The notes: generated from the letters alone by a model not told the origin. A DNA stretch of 64,000 nucleotides from a virus (IMGVR_UViG_3300030376_007544:1-64000); one strand, 5' to 3'. Counted from the stretch's first letter, positions 19,510 to 30,258 are shown. Made by a program: numbers and translations.

Positions 19510-20132
19510 TGCTAACAATAGTTGTAGCGTCATATCAATACGGACACCTCGCCCCCCACTGCATTGAGAGCCTGCTGTCCCAAACCGTAAGTCCAGAAAA
19601 AATCCTTTTTGTTGATGATGGCGTTGGTGATTGCGATCACCTTCCACAGTTGTACCCAGAAGTTGAATACACCTTACGAAAAGAAAATATGGGAACAGTC
19701 GAGAACTTTCAAGACATGCTCATGAAGGTAAACACAGAATACACTATGTTCTTAGGTGCAGACAACTGGTTGAGATCAGATACAGTAGAGACGCTACTAG
19801 AACAAGACGCAGACATTGTGACGTATGAAATTATGGTTACAGGCGAACACAAAATGGGGCACAGATCTGCTCAAGATGAAAGTATGGTTGGTGGAGATAT
19901 TCATTGGAAGTGGGACGGTCACCATGGGTCAATGATGTACAGAACCTCCATTGGACAAAAAGCAGGATACGTTAGACATGAGGACTTTACAGAAGGTAGT
20001 GCCGCCTGTGAAGATTGGGCACTTTGGGATAGAATGTTAGAACTAGGCGCTACGGTGTCGCACGTTGAAGAACCCCTGCTTTACTACAGACGGCATAGAG
20101 AAAACTTTATAGACTGTAGCACTACTGAGTAA
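19509..20132 (+). CDS. Glycosyltransferase family 2
   Basis: IVVASY, VDDG, GADN, EDW..W, YYRRH. Confidence 0.88.
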   Translation: MLTIVVASYQYGHLAPHCIESLLSQTVSPEKILFVDDGVGDCDHLPQLYPEVEYTLRKENMGTVENFQDMLMKVNTEYTMFLGADNWLRSDTVETLLEQDADIVTYEIMVTGEHKMGHRSAQDESMVGGDIHWKWDGHHGSMMYRTSIGQKAGYVRHEDFTEGSAACEDWALWDRMLELGATVSHVEEPLLYYRRHRENFIDCSTTE

Positions 20133-20478
20133 TTATTTTTTGAACTTGCTGTGCATCGAGAAAAATAGTTGCAGTTCCTGCACCAATCTCAACTTGTTCC
20201 ATTGAAACCCCAAAGTGTGATGCAAGTGTGGCACGATTCTTTAATTCGGTCATTGCGTCAAACTCTTCTAAAAGGCCATCTTCTGAAAAAACTTCAATCA
20301 GCGTCTTAGGGGCAGGATTAAGACACTCCTTGCAACATAATTTATCAATTTGAATTTTTGGTTTCCTACTGGACTCTATAGAGTGATCACACTCAAGGAC
20401 TATGTGCCAGCTCGTGTTGCCGTATTCCCCAATACGCACCGCCTCCCTAACAAGTCTCTTTGGTCCACGTTTACTCAT
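20122..20478 (-). CDS. Hypothetical Zn-binding protein
   Basis: LECDH...CKEC. Confidence 0.6.
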   Translation of the reverse strand: MSKRGPKRLVREAVRIGEYGNTSWHIVLECDHSIESSRKPKIQIDKLCCKECLNPAPKTLIEVFSEDGLLEEFDAMTELKNRATLASHFGVSMEQVEIGAGTATIFLDAQQVQKIITQ

Positions 20479-20534
20479 ACGTTTATACTACTCTGACCCT
20501 TGACCTGAAGCAATAACCGCCATACAATAGATTC

Positions 20535-21518
20535 ATGGATAAAGATAAACTTTTAGAAGACGCAATGAGCCAGATTGAAAAACAGTTTGGGGCAGGTACC
20601 CTAATGAAATTAGGAGATGCTGCTACGATGGAAGTTGAAACAGTTTCAACAGGTTCCATTGCATTAGATCTTGCGCTAGGTGTAGGCGGACTACCCAAAG
20701 GCAGGGTCACAGAAATATTCGGACCAGAGTCATCAGGAAAAACAACACTTGCTTTGCATGTGATTGCAGAGGCTCAAAAAAATGGTGGCAAATGTGCATT
20801 TATTGATGCAGAGCACGCATTAGATCCAATTTATGCAGAAGCAATTGGGTGCGATGTTGAAAACCTTCTCGTAAGCCAGCCAGACACAGGAGAACAGGCT
20901 CTTACAGTTACAAACAAACTAATAGAGTCTGGAGCCTTAGATGTTGTGGTTATTGACTCTGTTGCAGCCCTAACACCTCAAAAAGAAATAGAAGGTGAAA
21001 TGGGAGACAGTTTTGTCGGCTTGCACGCTAGGCTGATGTCGCAAGCTATGAGAAAAATAGTTGCAAATTTAAACAATTCAAAAACAATTTTAATAATGAT
21101 TAATCAACTCCGAGAAAAAATTGGAGTAATGTTTGGATCGCCAGAGGTGACAACAGGTGGTAAAGCATTGAAGTTTTACGCTTCTGTAAGGTTGGACATT
21201 CGAAGAATTGAAACCCTTAAGGCAGACGGAGAAGCATCAGGAAACAAGACACGAGTCAAAGTTGTCAAGAACAAAGTGGCTCCTCCCTTCCGACAAGCAG
21301 AGTTTGAGATCACCTATGGAGAAGGCATAAGCCGAACTGGAGACATAGTTGACATTGCTGCCGACATGGGAATCCTTGATAAAAAAGGTGCATGGTATGC
21401 TTACAACGGTGAAAACATCGGACAAGGGCGAGCCAACACAAAAATATTCTTAGACGAAAATACTGAGATTCGTGAGACAATTGCAGACACAATTTACTCA
21501 AATATTTTATCTGAATAA
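20535..21518 (+). CDS. recA: Recombinase A
   Basis: [40 protein letters not shown]. Confidence 0.98.
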   Translation: MDKDKLLEDAMSQIEKQFGAGTLMKLGDAATMEVETVSTGSIALDLALGVGGLPKGRVTEIFGPESSGKTTLALHVIAEAQKNGGKCAFIDAEHALDPIYAEAIGCDVENLLVSQPDTGEQALTVTNKLIESGALDVVVIDSVAALTPQKEIEGEMGDSFVGLHARLMSQAMRKIVANLNNSKTILIMINQLREKIGVMFGSPEVTTGGKALKFYASVRLDIRRIETLKADGEASGNKTRVKVVKNKVAPPFRQAEFEITYGEGISRTGDIVDIAADMGILDKKGAWYAYNGENIGQGRANTKIFLDENTEIRETIADTIYSNILSE

Positions 21519-21562
21519 AAAAGTTGTTTGACATTTTATAAATAGTGTGCTACGATGGTAGC

Positions 21563-22075
21563 ATGAAGAAAACAAAAAAACCAAAACAAAACCATTGCTG
21601 TGGTCACTGCGCACTTAAACAAGATGTGATAGCAGGACGAATCAGACTTAAAATAACTTTCGGGTGCAGGGTTCACTCTCCACATTCTTGTGCATGTGAT
21701 CCAGACTATGGCCCATATAACTATAAGACTAACACTAAAGAAGAAGTGCTTGGTGGAGTGAAGCGATGGGCTACACAAGAGGAAGCAGTGGAACACCTGA
21801 CCCTCGTGTGTCAGCGAACGAAAGAGGAGGTAGCTCCTAAGAATAGAGTAGTCGTGCCAGAGATAAGGCGTGAGGGGCAACGTATCCTCAAAGCAGGGAC
21901 CAACGTGTCTGTGCAACTAAAGCGTAAGTCTGGCACCAAACGTGACGATGCATTCGTCATGGAGTGCTATGACGATAACCATGTGAGACTATATGTGGAC
22001 TCAATGAGTGACACAGTTACGGTTCCTGCTGACGAGTTTGTTAAAGCAAGACGAGGAAGCACAAGAGTGCTTTAA
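21563..22075 (+). CDS. Hypothetical Cys/His-rich protein
   Basis: Leaderless ATG after TTGACA..TACGAT. Confidence 0.65.
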   Translation: MKKTKKPKQNHCCGHCALKQDVIAGRIRLKITFGCRVHSPHSCACDPDYGPYNYKTNTKEEVLGGVKRWATQEEAVEHLTLVCQRTKEEVAPKNRVVVPEIRREGQRILKAGTNVSVQLKRKSGTKRDDAFVMECYDDNHVRLYVDSMSDTVTVPADEFVKARRGSTRVL

Positions 22076-22248
22076 TGAGAGACTACGACTTTACACAAGA
22101 GCCGAAAAAAAAGAAGCCTGCCTATAAGAAAAGCAAATTCTATAAATGCACTAACAAGAAGTGCAGGGCATTAATCGCCTCACAACTTCATGACGAATAC
22201 AAAGTGTGCCCTTTCTGCGAAGGAAGAAACTGGCAAGCTCCAGAATAA
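22075..22248 (+). CDS. Small Zn-ribbon protein (57 aa, not in ORF track)
   Basis: CTNKKC...CPFC; start overlaps previous stop. Confidence 0.6.
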   Translation: MRDYDFTQEPKKKKPAYKKSKFYKCTNKKCRALIASQLHDEYKVCPFCEGRNWQAPE

Positions 22249-22392
22249 CAAGAAATCCCCCACCACCGAAGTGATGAGGGATAACTTTAGTTAGTGAAAA
22301 GGTAAACAAAAGAAGTAAAAAACCCTTGCCTCTAACTGAAACTATTATAAGCAGTTAAGTTGAAATAAATCAAGCGCTACTTAATAAATGTT

Positions 22393-22602
22393 CTATTCGA
22401 TTACTGAAGCGGACTCTTTGTTACCAACTTTAGTGGCAACAAAAGACTTCACTACTGATAGTGCTGCAGCGATAGCAGCAGTTGCTGCACCTTTTGCGGA
22501 ACTAAGATCAGTAACCACGAACATGGCTGCAAATGTTTGAGCGAAAGTCATAACTGCACGCTCTCCAACCTGCTTTATAAGATCCATGTTGATTTCTGGC
22601 AT
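22393..22602 (-). CDS. Holin, r1t-like
   Basis: ERAVMTFAQ motif, two hydrophobic segments. Confidence 0.75.
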   Translation of the reverse strand: MPEINMDLIKQVGERAVMTFAQTFAAMFVVTDLSSAKGAATAAIAAALSVVKSFVATKVGNKESASVIE

Positions 22603-22715
22603 TAAATTTCTCCTTGTTAGGGGATATAAACGAGACGTTTTGTCTCTTTCATATTCTACCGCACACAGATAACATCTGTCTAGTAACGTTTAGATAAAAG
22701 TTTACCTAAAATTTG

Positions 22716-22973
22716 TTAATTTGTGATATCGCTTTTTGGAGCATTAAAGGCCGAATCAATCTCTGCTTGATCAAGAACACCATCATCTGCAAAGGCTGCA
22801 GCTAGTTTTTGAACAACGGCTGCCGTGGAAGTTACGCCTGCTAAAAATGCAGCCTTCCATGGATCGATACCACCGATCAAACTTGAGCCACCAATGATAG
22901 CCATTGCATTCATACAAAACACTGCACCAATACGTGCAAGTGTGTTCCAAAGCATACTACTCGTCTGTTTCAT
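22716..22973 (-). CDS. Small membrane protein (lysis-module associated)
   Basis: Two hydrophobic segments, DDGVLDQAE motif; start uncertain. Confidence 0.6.
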   Translation of the reverse strand: MKQTSSMLWNTLARIGAVFCMNAMAIIGGSSLIGGIDPWKAAFLAGVTSTAAVVQKLAAAFADDGVLDQAEIDSAFNAPKSDITN

Positions 22974-23190
22974 CTTCTCTCTCATCATCTATATAGTCTA
23001 ATATGGTTCCAAACAAGTGTAGCGCAAGACCGGCAAAAGATATATATATTCCCTGCCTTAAAGTCGTTGAACTCAAAGTGATTAAAACTAAACCAGTTCC
23101 GGCTAAAGTCCACCCAAGGTAAGCGAATTCTCTGAATACCCTACGTACACCACCTATAATTTTTCTTCCTATAATTTTTACTTTATTCAC
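22957..23190 (-). CDS. Small two-TM membrane protein
   Basis: Hydrophobic ORF with GGAGG RBS. Confidence 0.65.
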   Translation of the reverse strand: MNKVKIIGRKIIGGVRRVFREFAYLGWTLAGTGLVLITLSSTTLRQGIYISFAGLALHLFGTILDYIDDEREDETDE

Positions 23191-23199
23191 GGCACCTCC

Positions 23200-26085
23200 T
23201 TACTTACCTCGTTGTGCGCCTGCTTTAGCGCTTGCTTTAGCGCTTGCTTTTGCTTTCGCCCTTTTTGATCCTCCGCCTGAAGACCCACCGCCTCCACCGC
23301 CGGAGCCTCCTCCGCCACCGCCTCCACCGCCAGATGGTTTCGGTCCAGCGCTGGCGCCTGCTGCAGCAGCGACACTTACTGCCGCACTAGCAGCAACAAC
23401 GGTACGACGTGTTTCAGTATCAACTGCGGAACCTTCAGCAACATATTCATTAAAGGCTTCATCCTCAAAGATATCTACCTCTTCTTCAAACTCCGCCTTA
23501 ACATCATCGTCTGCTTCGTTAACTGCTTGAACAAGTACTTGAACGGCAGCTCCGCCTTCATCAACTATCTGATCAAACACTTCTTCGTTTTCTAATACTT
23601 CTGTAATTTCTTCTACGGTTACCTCACCATCAACAATGTCAAGGAAGTCCTCAGCGAACTCCTCATCAATTTCATCTAACTCTGTAATAACCTTCTCCTC
23701 AGCCACGTCAATTTCAGAAAGATCTACGTCTTCAATGTCAATACCAAGATCGTTAAACTCTAGGGCAAGTTCTTGGTCTTCTTCATCAACCTCAAACTCA
23801 TCAAAGAACTCTTCCACTGAAAGTTCCTCCCCATCCTCATCAACAAATGTAAACTCAACCTCTTCTCCATTTATTGTAACCATCTCAACGGGTACGTTCG
23901 GGTCCAATGGGTCTGGATCAATGTCGTCCGTAAACCCGTCAAAATCGCAGTCTATTTCAAACATACAATCAATTTCATCGTTCCACCATTCTTCCGCATC
24001 AAACACCCCATCACCGTCCCAGTCTTGAGTTAAAAATGGAACGTCAGGATCAAGTGGGTCCATATCTTCAAAGTCTTCAATCCCGTCAAAGTCACAGTCA
24101 GGGTTTTCAATACATTCTTCAAACTCTTCTTGGTCAAACACAAGATCCCCGTCAGAGTCAATTGTTAGGAAAGGTAGGTCTGGGTCAAAGTCGTCAGGAT
24201 CTTCAAAGTCCCAAGTTCCATCAAAGTCACAATCTACAAGGTCCTCACAACCAAACTCTTCGCCTCTATCAAACACAAAGTCACCATCTGAGTCTATCGT
24301 CCACACAGGAACGTCCGGCTCATAATCGTCAGGATCTTCAAAGTCTCCAGTGCCGTCGTCATCACAGTCTATGTTCCAAACACAGCCTTCCTCTTCACCC
24401 CTGTCAAAAACACCATCACCGTCGTTATCTATCGTCCACACTGGGACGTCAGGTTCGTAGTCATCAGGGTCTTCAAGATCACCCGTGCCATCATTGTCAC
24501 AATCTGGCGTAAGCTCACACCCTTCTTCTTCGCCTTTGTCAAACTCCCCATCACCATCGTTGTCTATAGTCCATACTGGAATATCAGCATCGTGATCGTC
24601 TGGATCGTCAAAATCGTCTGTGCCGTCAAAATCGCAGTCAACAAGGTATCGGCATTCTACTATTTCACCAGTTTGCAAGTCTAAGCCATTCTCCTCTTCA
24701 GCATCAAAGACACCATCGCCGTCAGTATCTATCGTTAGTACTGGCACGTCGGGATCAGTATCGTCAATATCATGGAAGTCATCTGTGCCGTCGTCATCAC
24801 AGTCAGTGTCGTCAGCACAGCCTTCTGTTTCTTCTTGATCAAATACTCCGTCCCCATCTGTGTCTACAGTAAGATTAGGTACATCAGGATCTAGATCATC
24901 GGTATCCTGAAGATCGCCTGTACCGTCGTCATCACAATCTTCGTCGTCCTCACACCCCTCTGTTTCTTCAGCGTCAAACACACCGTCATTATCTGTGTCC
25001 ACTGTTAAGACAGGAACATCAGGATCGGTGTCATCAGTGTCTTCCAAGTCACCAGTCCCATCATCGTCGCAGTCTGTATTATCCTCACAGCCTTCAGTCT
25101 CTTCAGCGTCAAACACCCCATCACCATCGGTATCCACAGTTAGTACAGGTACGTCTGGATCAGTGTCATCAGGATCAGTAGCGTCACCCGTGCCGTCTCC
25201 GTCACAATCAACATTGTTCACACAGCCTTCAGTTTCGGCGCTATCAACAACGCCGTCTCCATCGGTGTCTGCCTCTCCAATTAAAATTGTAACTTCGTTA
25301 GACCACCCTGAATAGTAGCTATATGTGTCGTTGTCAGCACGAACATCAAGTCTATAGGTTTGGTTTAATCCACCAGTGTTTTCAAACGAAGAATAAGGAA
25401 TAGTTATCTCGGTATTCAATGCATCAGCATCGCCCACGTTACCAGTTGAAATACCCCAACCAGCATTAGGGGGAATGTTCCAAGAAATGGCATACCGCTC
25501 TGGAGGGACATATCCTGTGTTTGGGGCGTCCCAATCTAAAGTAATTGAATTACCATTGTCTGTTACTGTCAAGTTCATAGGCGGTCCAATTGATGGGGCG
25601 ACAGTGTAGAGGGTAACATTTCCTGTTTCAAGAGTGTATGTCAGGTCACCCCAGTCTTGGGTATAATCTGGATTTCCCGTACCACCATTAACTGTAGAAC
25701 CAGAGTCTTCGTCCCAATACCCAGCACGAAGTCGGTAAATTCCAGCCGGATATGTGCCTGTTATTTTCGCACTTACACACTGATTTGCGGTATTGTGGTT
25801 TGCGTCATCATCTTCTGTTAAGTATGTATTGTTGTTGTCGTAATCATATAAGAATAAATATGGGTCGGTCCCTGAGTTATTATTCATCTGGCTACACGAC
25901 TCGTTGGAGTTTCCAAGAATTGTTATTTCAGTTTCTTCGTCTAAAATAAAGTACCAGTCAGAAAGATCTGTAACCTGATAGGTGGCTGCCCATGCGGAGG
26001 TAGGGGCAAACCAAGCAGTTAATAAAAGCCAAACAAAACATGCTTTGGCCATTCTTCGAAATAGATTACCACGACGGCGCTTCAT
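23200..26085 (-). CDS. Large secreted/membrane-anchored acidic protein with FN3-like domain and thrombospondin type-3-like Ca-binding repeats
   Basis: Signal peptide (RRR..hydrophobic..AWA), PPMNLTV..WDAP FN3-like segment, ~10 repeats DxDGDGVFD..E.EGC....DCD.DG..D..D.DD..PDVP, C-terminal Ala/Val stretch plus Gly/Lys tail. Confidence 0.8.
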   Translation of the reverse strand: MKRRRGNLFRRMAKACFVWLLLTAWFAPTSAWAATYQVTDLSDWYFILDEETEITILGNSNESCSQMNNNSGTDPYLFLYDYDNNNTYLTEDDDANHNTANQCVSAKITGTYPAGIYRLRAGYWDEDSGSTVNGGTGNPDYTQDWGDLTYTLETGNVTLYTVAPSIGPPMNLTVTDNGNSITLDWDAPNTGYVPPERYAISWNIPPNAGWGISTGNVGDADALNTEITIPYSSFENTGGLNQTYRLDVRADNDTYSYYSGWSNEVTILIGEADTDGDGVVDSAETEGCVNNVDCDGDGTGDATDPDDTDPDVPVLTVDTDGDGVFDAEETEGCEDNTDCDDDGTGDLEDTDDTDPDVPVLTVDTDNDGVFDAEETEGCEDDEDCDDDGTGDLQDTDDLDPDVPNLTVDTDGDGVFDQEETEGCADDTDCDDDGTDDFHDIDDTDPDVPVLTIDTDGDGVFDAEEENGLDLQTGEIVECRYLVDCDFDGTDDFDDPDDHDADIPVWTIDNDGDGEFDKGEEEGCELTPDCDNDGTGDLEDPDDYEPDVPVWTIDNDGDGVFDRGEEEGCVWNIDCDDDGTGDFEDPDDYEPDVPVWTIDSDGDFVFDRGEEFGCEDLVDCDFDGTWDFEDPDDFDPDLPFLTIDSDGDLVFDQEEFEECIENPDCDFDGIEDFEDMDPLDPDVPFLTQDWDGDGVFDAEEWWNDEIDCMFEIDCDFDGFTDDIDPDPLDPNVPVEMVTINGEEVEFTFVDEDGEELSVEEFFDEFEVDEEDQELALEFNDLGIDIEDVDLSEIDVAEEKVITELDEIDEEFAEDFLDIVDGEVTVEEITEVLENEEVFDQIVDEGGAAVQVLVQAVNEADDDVKAEFEEEVDIFEDEAFNEYVAEGSAVDTETRRTVVAASAAVSVAAAAGASAGPKPSGGGGGGGGGSGGGGGGSSGGGSKRAKAKASAKASAKAGAQRGK
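23885..25270 (-). repeat. Intragenic tandem repeat, ~138-nt (46-aa) unit, about 10 copies
   Basis: Repeated units visible in the translation. Confidence 0.85.
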
Positions 26086-26172
26086 CTCGCTCCCAATACA
26101 CAAGTACACACTACCTCTATTGTACATCGGCCAACACTTGCCTTATTTGAAGGTCATGGTATAATAGATATT

Positions 26173-26406
26173 ATGCCAAGTTACACATATCAATTCATCG
26201 AAACAGAAGAGATTATTGAGGTTTATCAGTCGATAAAGGAAGACACTCTAACAGAAATAGAGCATCCAGAGACTGGTAAGAAGATGACCGTTAAAAAGAT
26301 ATTCTCTGCACCTGCAATAAGTGGGTTTACCCCTACGCCTGCAACTGTGGCACCAACGTATAGATCAGATAGGTCTACGGCTTGGAACTCGGCACAGATA
26401 GAATAA
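26173..26406 (+). CDS. FmdB-like small protein (Cys ligands absent)
   Basis: MPxYxY...E..Q.I.E..L...P..G....K.FSAP pattern. Confidence 0.6.
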   Translation: MPSYTYQFIETEEIIEVYQSIKEDTLTEIEHPETGKKMTVKKIFSAPAISGFTPTPATVAPTYRSDRSTAWNSAQIE

Positions 26407-26421
26407 CGCTATTATAGAGGT

Positions 26422-27021
26422 ATGTCGAAAATAACCTTTATGATGGGAACCATGTCCTCTGGGAAAACGACTCATCTGTTGCAGTCACATTTTAATCTAA
26501 ACCAAGCATTCCCTAATCAGGTTATGCTTATGAACAAGAACGACAGATCCGGCGACTCTGTGTGCACCAACAGAATGGGTGGAATGAGTTTATCGACTGG
26601 TGTTTCGGAAGATACGTCGCTTATCGAAGTTGTTACAGAATTTGAAAAGAGCGTAGGAGATGAAGTTCAATATTTATTTTTAGATGAAGTTCAATTCTTT
26701 TCACTGGATCAGATAAATGAGCTACCGCACTTAGCAGATTACAAGGGCATTGATGTATTCGCATATGGTCTTTTAACCACATACAAAGGAAACCTATTTC
26801 CGGCTAGCGCTAGACTGCTAGAAGTATCTGATCAAATTGTTCACTTACGAAATGGTGTTCGCTGTTGGTGTGGGGCCAGAGCAACACACAATGCGCTCTT
26901 TCGGGCTGGTAAAAGAATAAGGAGTGGAGACACAGAAGTCGTGGACAACGATGAAACGCTAATTGACTACCAAGTGATGTGTCGCAAGCACTTTTTAGAG
27001 CATATAGGATTTAATTTATAA
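26422..27021 (+). CDS. tdk: Thymidine kinase
   Basis: GTMSSGKT, LDEVQF, YGL, CWCG...CRKH. Confidence 0.93.
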   Translation: MSKITFMMGTMSSGKTTHLLQSHFNLNQAFPNQVMLMNKNDRSGDSVCTNRMGGMSLSTGVSEDTSLIEVVTEFEKSVGDEVQYLFLDEVQFFSLDQINELPHLADYKGIDVFAYGLLTTYKGNLFPASARLLEVSDQIVHLRNGVRCWCGARATHNALFRAGKRIRSGDTEVVDNDETLIDYQVMCRKHFLEHIGFNL

Positions 27022-27219
27022 CTTAACCGAAAAAAGTTGTCGATCATCTGTGTCGCTATCAATAACCTCTAACTCCACAGATTCAAAAATCATAGTTACA
27101 ACTTGTAGCATGTCGTCACGAGTTTCTTCTTCCTCGTCTTCAAGTGGATCATAAAGATCAACCAAAATGTCTACGAACTTGTCAAAAAGTTTTAATTTAT
27201 TTTCGTCATTTGAACTCAT
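27016..27219 (-). CDS. Hypothetical acidic protein
   Basis: ORF track. Confidence 0.5.
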   Translation of the reverse strand: MSSNDENKLKLFDKFVDILVDLYDPLEDEEEETRDDMLQVVTMIFESVELEVIDSDTDDRQLFSVKL

Positions 27220-27338
27220 TCTAATATGTTAGCAAACTATTTTATAGAAATCCACTAATTACACTTGACACGTCTGCTCGGACCCGCTACCATAGAAAAC
27301 ATCTGCAAAGATAAACACCTAGATGGAAGGACACTTAC

Positions 27339-27773
27339 ATGAGTAACGCAGACGTAGTAATTAAAGGTAATGTCACCGCTGACCCTGAGTTGAAATTTTC
27401 CAGCAATGGAAATGCACGACTGGTTTTTTCAGTCGCATCAAATCGCAACTTTCAGGTGAATGGTGAGTGGCAGAAGGAAACTTCATTCTTCAATGTTGTG
27501 GCTTGGCGTAAAACCGCTGAAGACGCAGCTGGAGTTATTGAGAAGGGGCTACCTGTTATCGTAACCGGACGCTTAGAACAGCGTTCATGGGAAGATAAAG
27601 AAACAGGTGCAAAGCGATCAACTGTTGAAGTTGTAGCCGATGCTGTAGCCGTTAATGTGTATGCAATAGAGGACTTGACTCGTCGCCAATATGATGGCAG
27701 TGGATCAAGTAACACTCAATCAAACACATCAAAGGCAACAGTCCCATCTTCAGACCCATTTGAAGACTTCTAA
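27339..27773 (+). CDS. ssb: Single-stranded DNA-binding protein
   Basis: GNVTADPELKF, VVAWR..AE, GRLEQRSWE, acidic tail. Confidence 0.95.
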   Translation: MSNADVVIKGNVTADPELKFSSNGNARLVFSVASNRNFQVNGEWQKETSFFNVVAWRKTAEDAAGVIEKGLPVIVTGRLEQRSWEDKETGAKRSTVEVVADAVAVNVYAIEDLTRRQYDGSGSSNTQSNTSKATVPSSDPFEDF

Positions 27774-27864
27774 TTGTCGATTTGTGATAGCCGGTCCCTT
27801 GTAAAGAGGGATCGGCTTACAAATTAATATTGACATTTACTAAAATTAGGAGTAATCTTTTATT

Positions 27865-28338
27865 ATGGATAAAAACGAATGTAAAGCCACCGTTGAACTT
27901 TTAAGCGTAACATGGGGACAATCCATTGATGCGTCTTCTCTCACAGTTCGTGCGAAAGGCTTTTGGGAGTATATTAACGACCTCCCTTATGAAGACGTTA
28001 AGAACACAATCACACGCTTAGGGCTATCAGGAAAGAAATGGGCACCCAGACCAGGTGAGCTTCGTATCGCTGTATTAGCACAAATGCAAAACGAGGAGTT
28101 GCCTCCAGAACCAGAAGAGGCATGGACAGTTTTACAAGCAATTGGTCAGAAGATCTATAGTGGTACATATGACTATGAAAAACCACACCCTGTATTGGCA
28201 GAGACAATCAAGCGACTAGGGACAGGGGCAACTGCACTAACAACAAACGCAGATCGTGCTATGTTCATTTCGCTTTACGAGAAAACAAGAGAGGCTTACA
28301 TTTTGGGAAGGTACGGATATGACTCAACCGATAGATAA
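27865..28338 (+). CDS. Putative helicase loader/inhibitor (G39P-like)
   Basis: W...L.DLPY......P.PGELR...EAW pattern, directly upstream of primase-helicase. Confidence 0.55.
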   Translation: MDKNECKATVELLSVTWGQSIDASSLTVRAKGFWEYINDLPYEDVKNTITRLGLSGKKWAPRPGELRIAVLAQMQNEELPPEPEEAWTVLQAIGQKIYSGTYDYEKPHPVLAETIKRLGTGATALTTNADRAMFISLYEKTREAYILGRYGYDSTDR

Positions 28339-30124
28339 TGTATTAGCAAGAGTAAACCACAGTCAAGCAGGTAAAAACCAGTGGGACGCAACATGCCCAT
28401 GCCGTAATGATGACGACAACCCATCTTTACGCATTTCAGTAGGAAACCAAAATCAAGTTCTGATGAAATGTCAGCGTGGTGGCGGTTGTGATATCAATGA
28501 GATATGTGCCTCCATTGGACTTGAGATTGGGGATCTGTTTCCAAAAGACACAGAAAAGCCAAAAAAGTCTAAATTAGATTTAGTAGAAACATATAAGTAT
28601 TTTTACGCAGACAACACACTTGCCCTTGAGGTTCTTAGGTTTGTTGACGAGAAAGGTAAGAAGACCTTTCGTCAGAGAAAACCAGATGGCGCTGGTGGGT
28701 ACGATTGGTCAACCTCTGATATCGAAAAACCACTATACCGATTACCACAAGTGATGCAAGCGGTTAAAGATGGACGACCAATTTATGTTGTCGAAGGAGA
28801 AAAAGACGTACACTCCCTTGAGACGCTAGGAAAAACAGCAACCACAAATGCTGGAGGAGCTGGCGGAGAAGGACAAAAGAAGTGGACGGAAGAACACACT
28901 AAAACCCTAGCAGGGGCAAAGGTTGTAATAATCTGTGACAATGACGAAGCAGGATATCTGCATGCCAGATCAGTAAATGCAGATCTTACATCTGCTGGGG
29001 CAACCGTTAAAGTGTTCAAACCAAGCACCTACAAAGATATAAGTGATATGCTTGAGGCTGGAGAAACCCTACAAGAAGGATTGATCCCATTTGACACCGA
29101 AGATTACGAACCCACGAATGAGTCTAACGAAAACGAAAGTCTCACCAAATTGATCGACTCCCTTCAAAACATTGACTCAAGTCAGCCAGAAGCAGTTGTC
29201 ATGGGGCGTGCGTCTGCAGCCTTTGATACTTTTGTAACGACAAAAGACAGGCAACACCAAGATAAAGGTGTTCTTGTGGAGTGGAGTCCATTCCTTGAAA
29301 CAAATGTAGACCTTTCATATGATTGGGTTATACCAAATCTTTTGGAAAGGCAAGAACGTGTGATTGTTGTGGCTGCAGAAGGTGCTGGTAAAACCACACT
29401 AGCCAGACAGGTGGCACTAATGGCATCTGCTGGAATTCACCCATTCCGTAGAGACGCAATGGATCCAGTACGCACATTGATGATTGACTTAGAAAATCCT
29501 GAACGAATTATTAGGCGTACCTCACTAAGAATCTACGACAAGATTAAATGGCACCAAAAGCACGAGCAGATGGACGCTCATCTAATGATGAAGCCAGATG
29601 GAATTAATTTGTTGACTCCTGCTGATAGGGCACTGGTAGAAGAACATGTTGCTTCTGTGGAGCCAGACATTCTTTTCTTTGGACCTCTGTATAAGGCGTT
29701 CCTTGATCCGGGTGGAAGAACAGCAGAATCAGTATCTATTGAGATTGCTCGGTTTCTAGACTACATTCGCCACACATACAACTGCGCCTTATGGATTGAG
29801 CACCATGCTCCTTTAGGTTCAGGCGGACAAAGAGACTTGCGTCCTTTTGGTTCCGCAGTATGGTCACGATGGTCAGAGTTTGGTTTGGCATTAGCGCCAG
29901 ATCCCACTGATCCAGAGTTAATTGAGTTTAAACACTATCGTGGGCAACGTGAGGCACGTGAGTGGCCAACCCTTTGTAAGCGAGGAAACACATGGCCATT
30001 TGAAGTTGTTGAATTTGCCCAATATCAAAACACAATCAATACAGCTGTCCCAGAGCGAAGCGATGAGGAACTAAACGAGGCTTTAGAAAACGAAGAGTTT
30101 GACGATCAGGTAACGCCATGGTAG
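28319..30124 (+). CDS. Primase-helicase (Zn finger + TOPRIM + RecA-like AAA_25 helicase)
   Basis: CPC..D..PSL, VEGEKD, CDNDEAG, AEGAGKT, IDLEN. Confidence 0.9.
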   Translation: MTQPIDNVLARVNHSQAGKNQWDATCPCRNDDDNPSLRISVGNQNQVLMKCQRGGGCDINEICASIGLEIGDLFPKDTEKPKKSKLDLVETYKYFYADNTLALEVLRFVDEKGKKTFRQRKPDGAGGYDWSTSDIEKPLYRLPQVMQAVKDGRPIYVVEGEKDVHSLETLGKTATTNAGGAGGEGQKKWTEEHTKTLAGAKVVIICDNDEAGYLHARSVNADLTSAGATVKVFKPSTYKDISDMLEAGETLQEGLIPFDTEDYEPTNESNENESLTKLIDSLQNIDSSQPEAVVMGRASAAFDTFVTTKDRQHQDKGVLVEWSPFLETNVDLSYDWVIPNLLERQERVIVVAAEGAGKTTLARQVALMASAGIHPFRRDAMDPVRTLMIDLENPERIIRRTSLRIYDKIKWHQKHEQMDAHLMMKPDGINLLTPADRALVEEHVASVEPDILFFGPLYKAFLDPGGRTAESVSIEIARFLDYIRHTYNCALWIEHHAPLGSGGQRDLRPFGSAVWSRWSEFGLALAPDPTDPELIEFKHYRGQREAREWPTLCKRGNTWPFEVVEFAQYQNTINTAVPERSDEELNEALENEEFDDQVTPW

Positions 30125-30258
30125 CAAAACTTGACAGAATGATCAATTTAATATACAATTATACTATCGCTCTCAATACGCAAACACACACTTGAGTAAC
30201 ACGAGGCGGTTGGTTTGCCTCCGACTAATCGGGGGCAAATCTATTTATAAGGAGAAAT

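Noticed and set aside
23636-25949. Plus-strand Ser-rich ORFs
   Set aside because: Antisense shadows of the acidic repeat protein.
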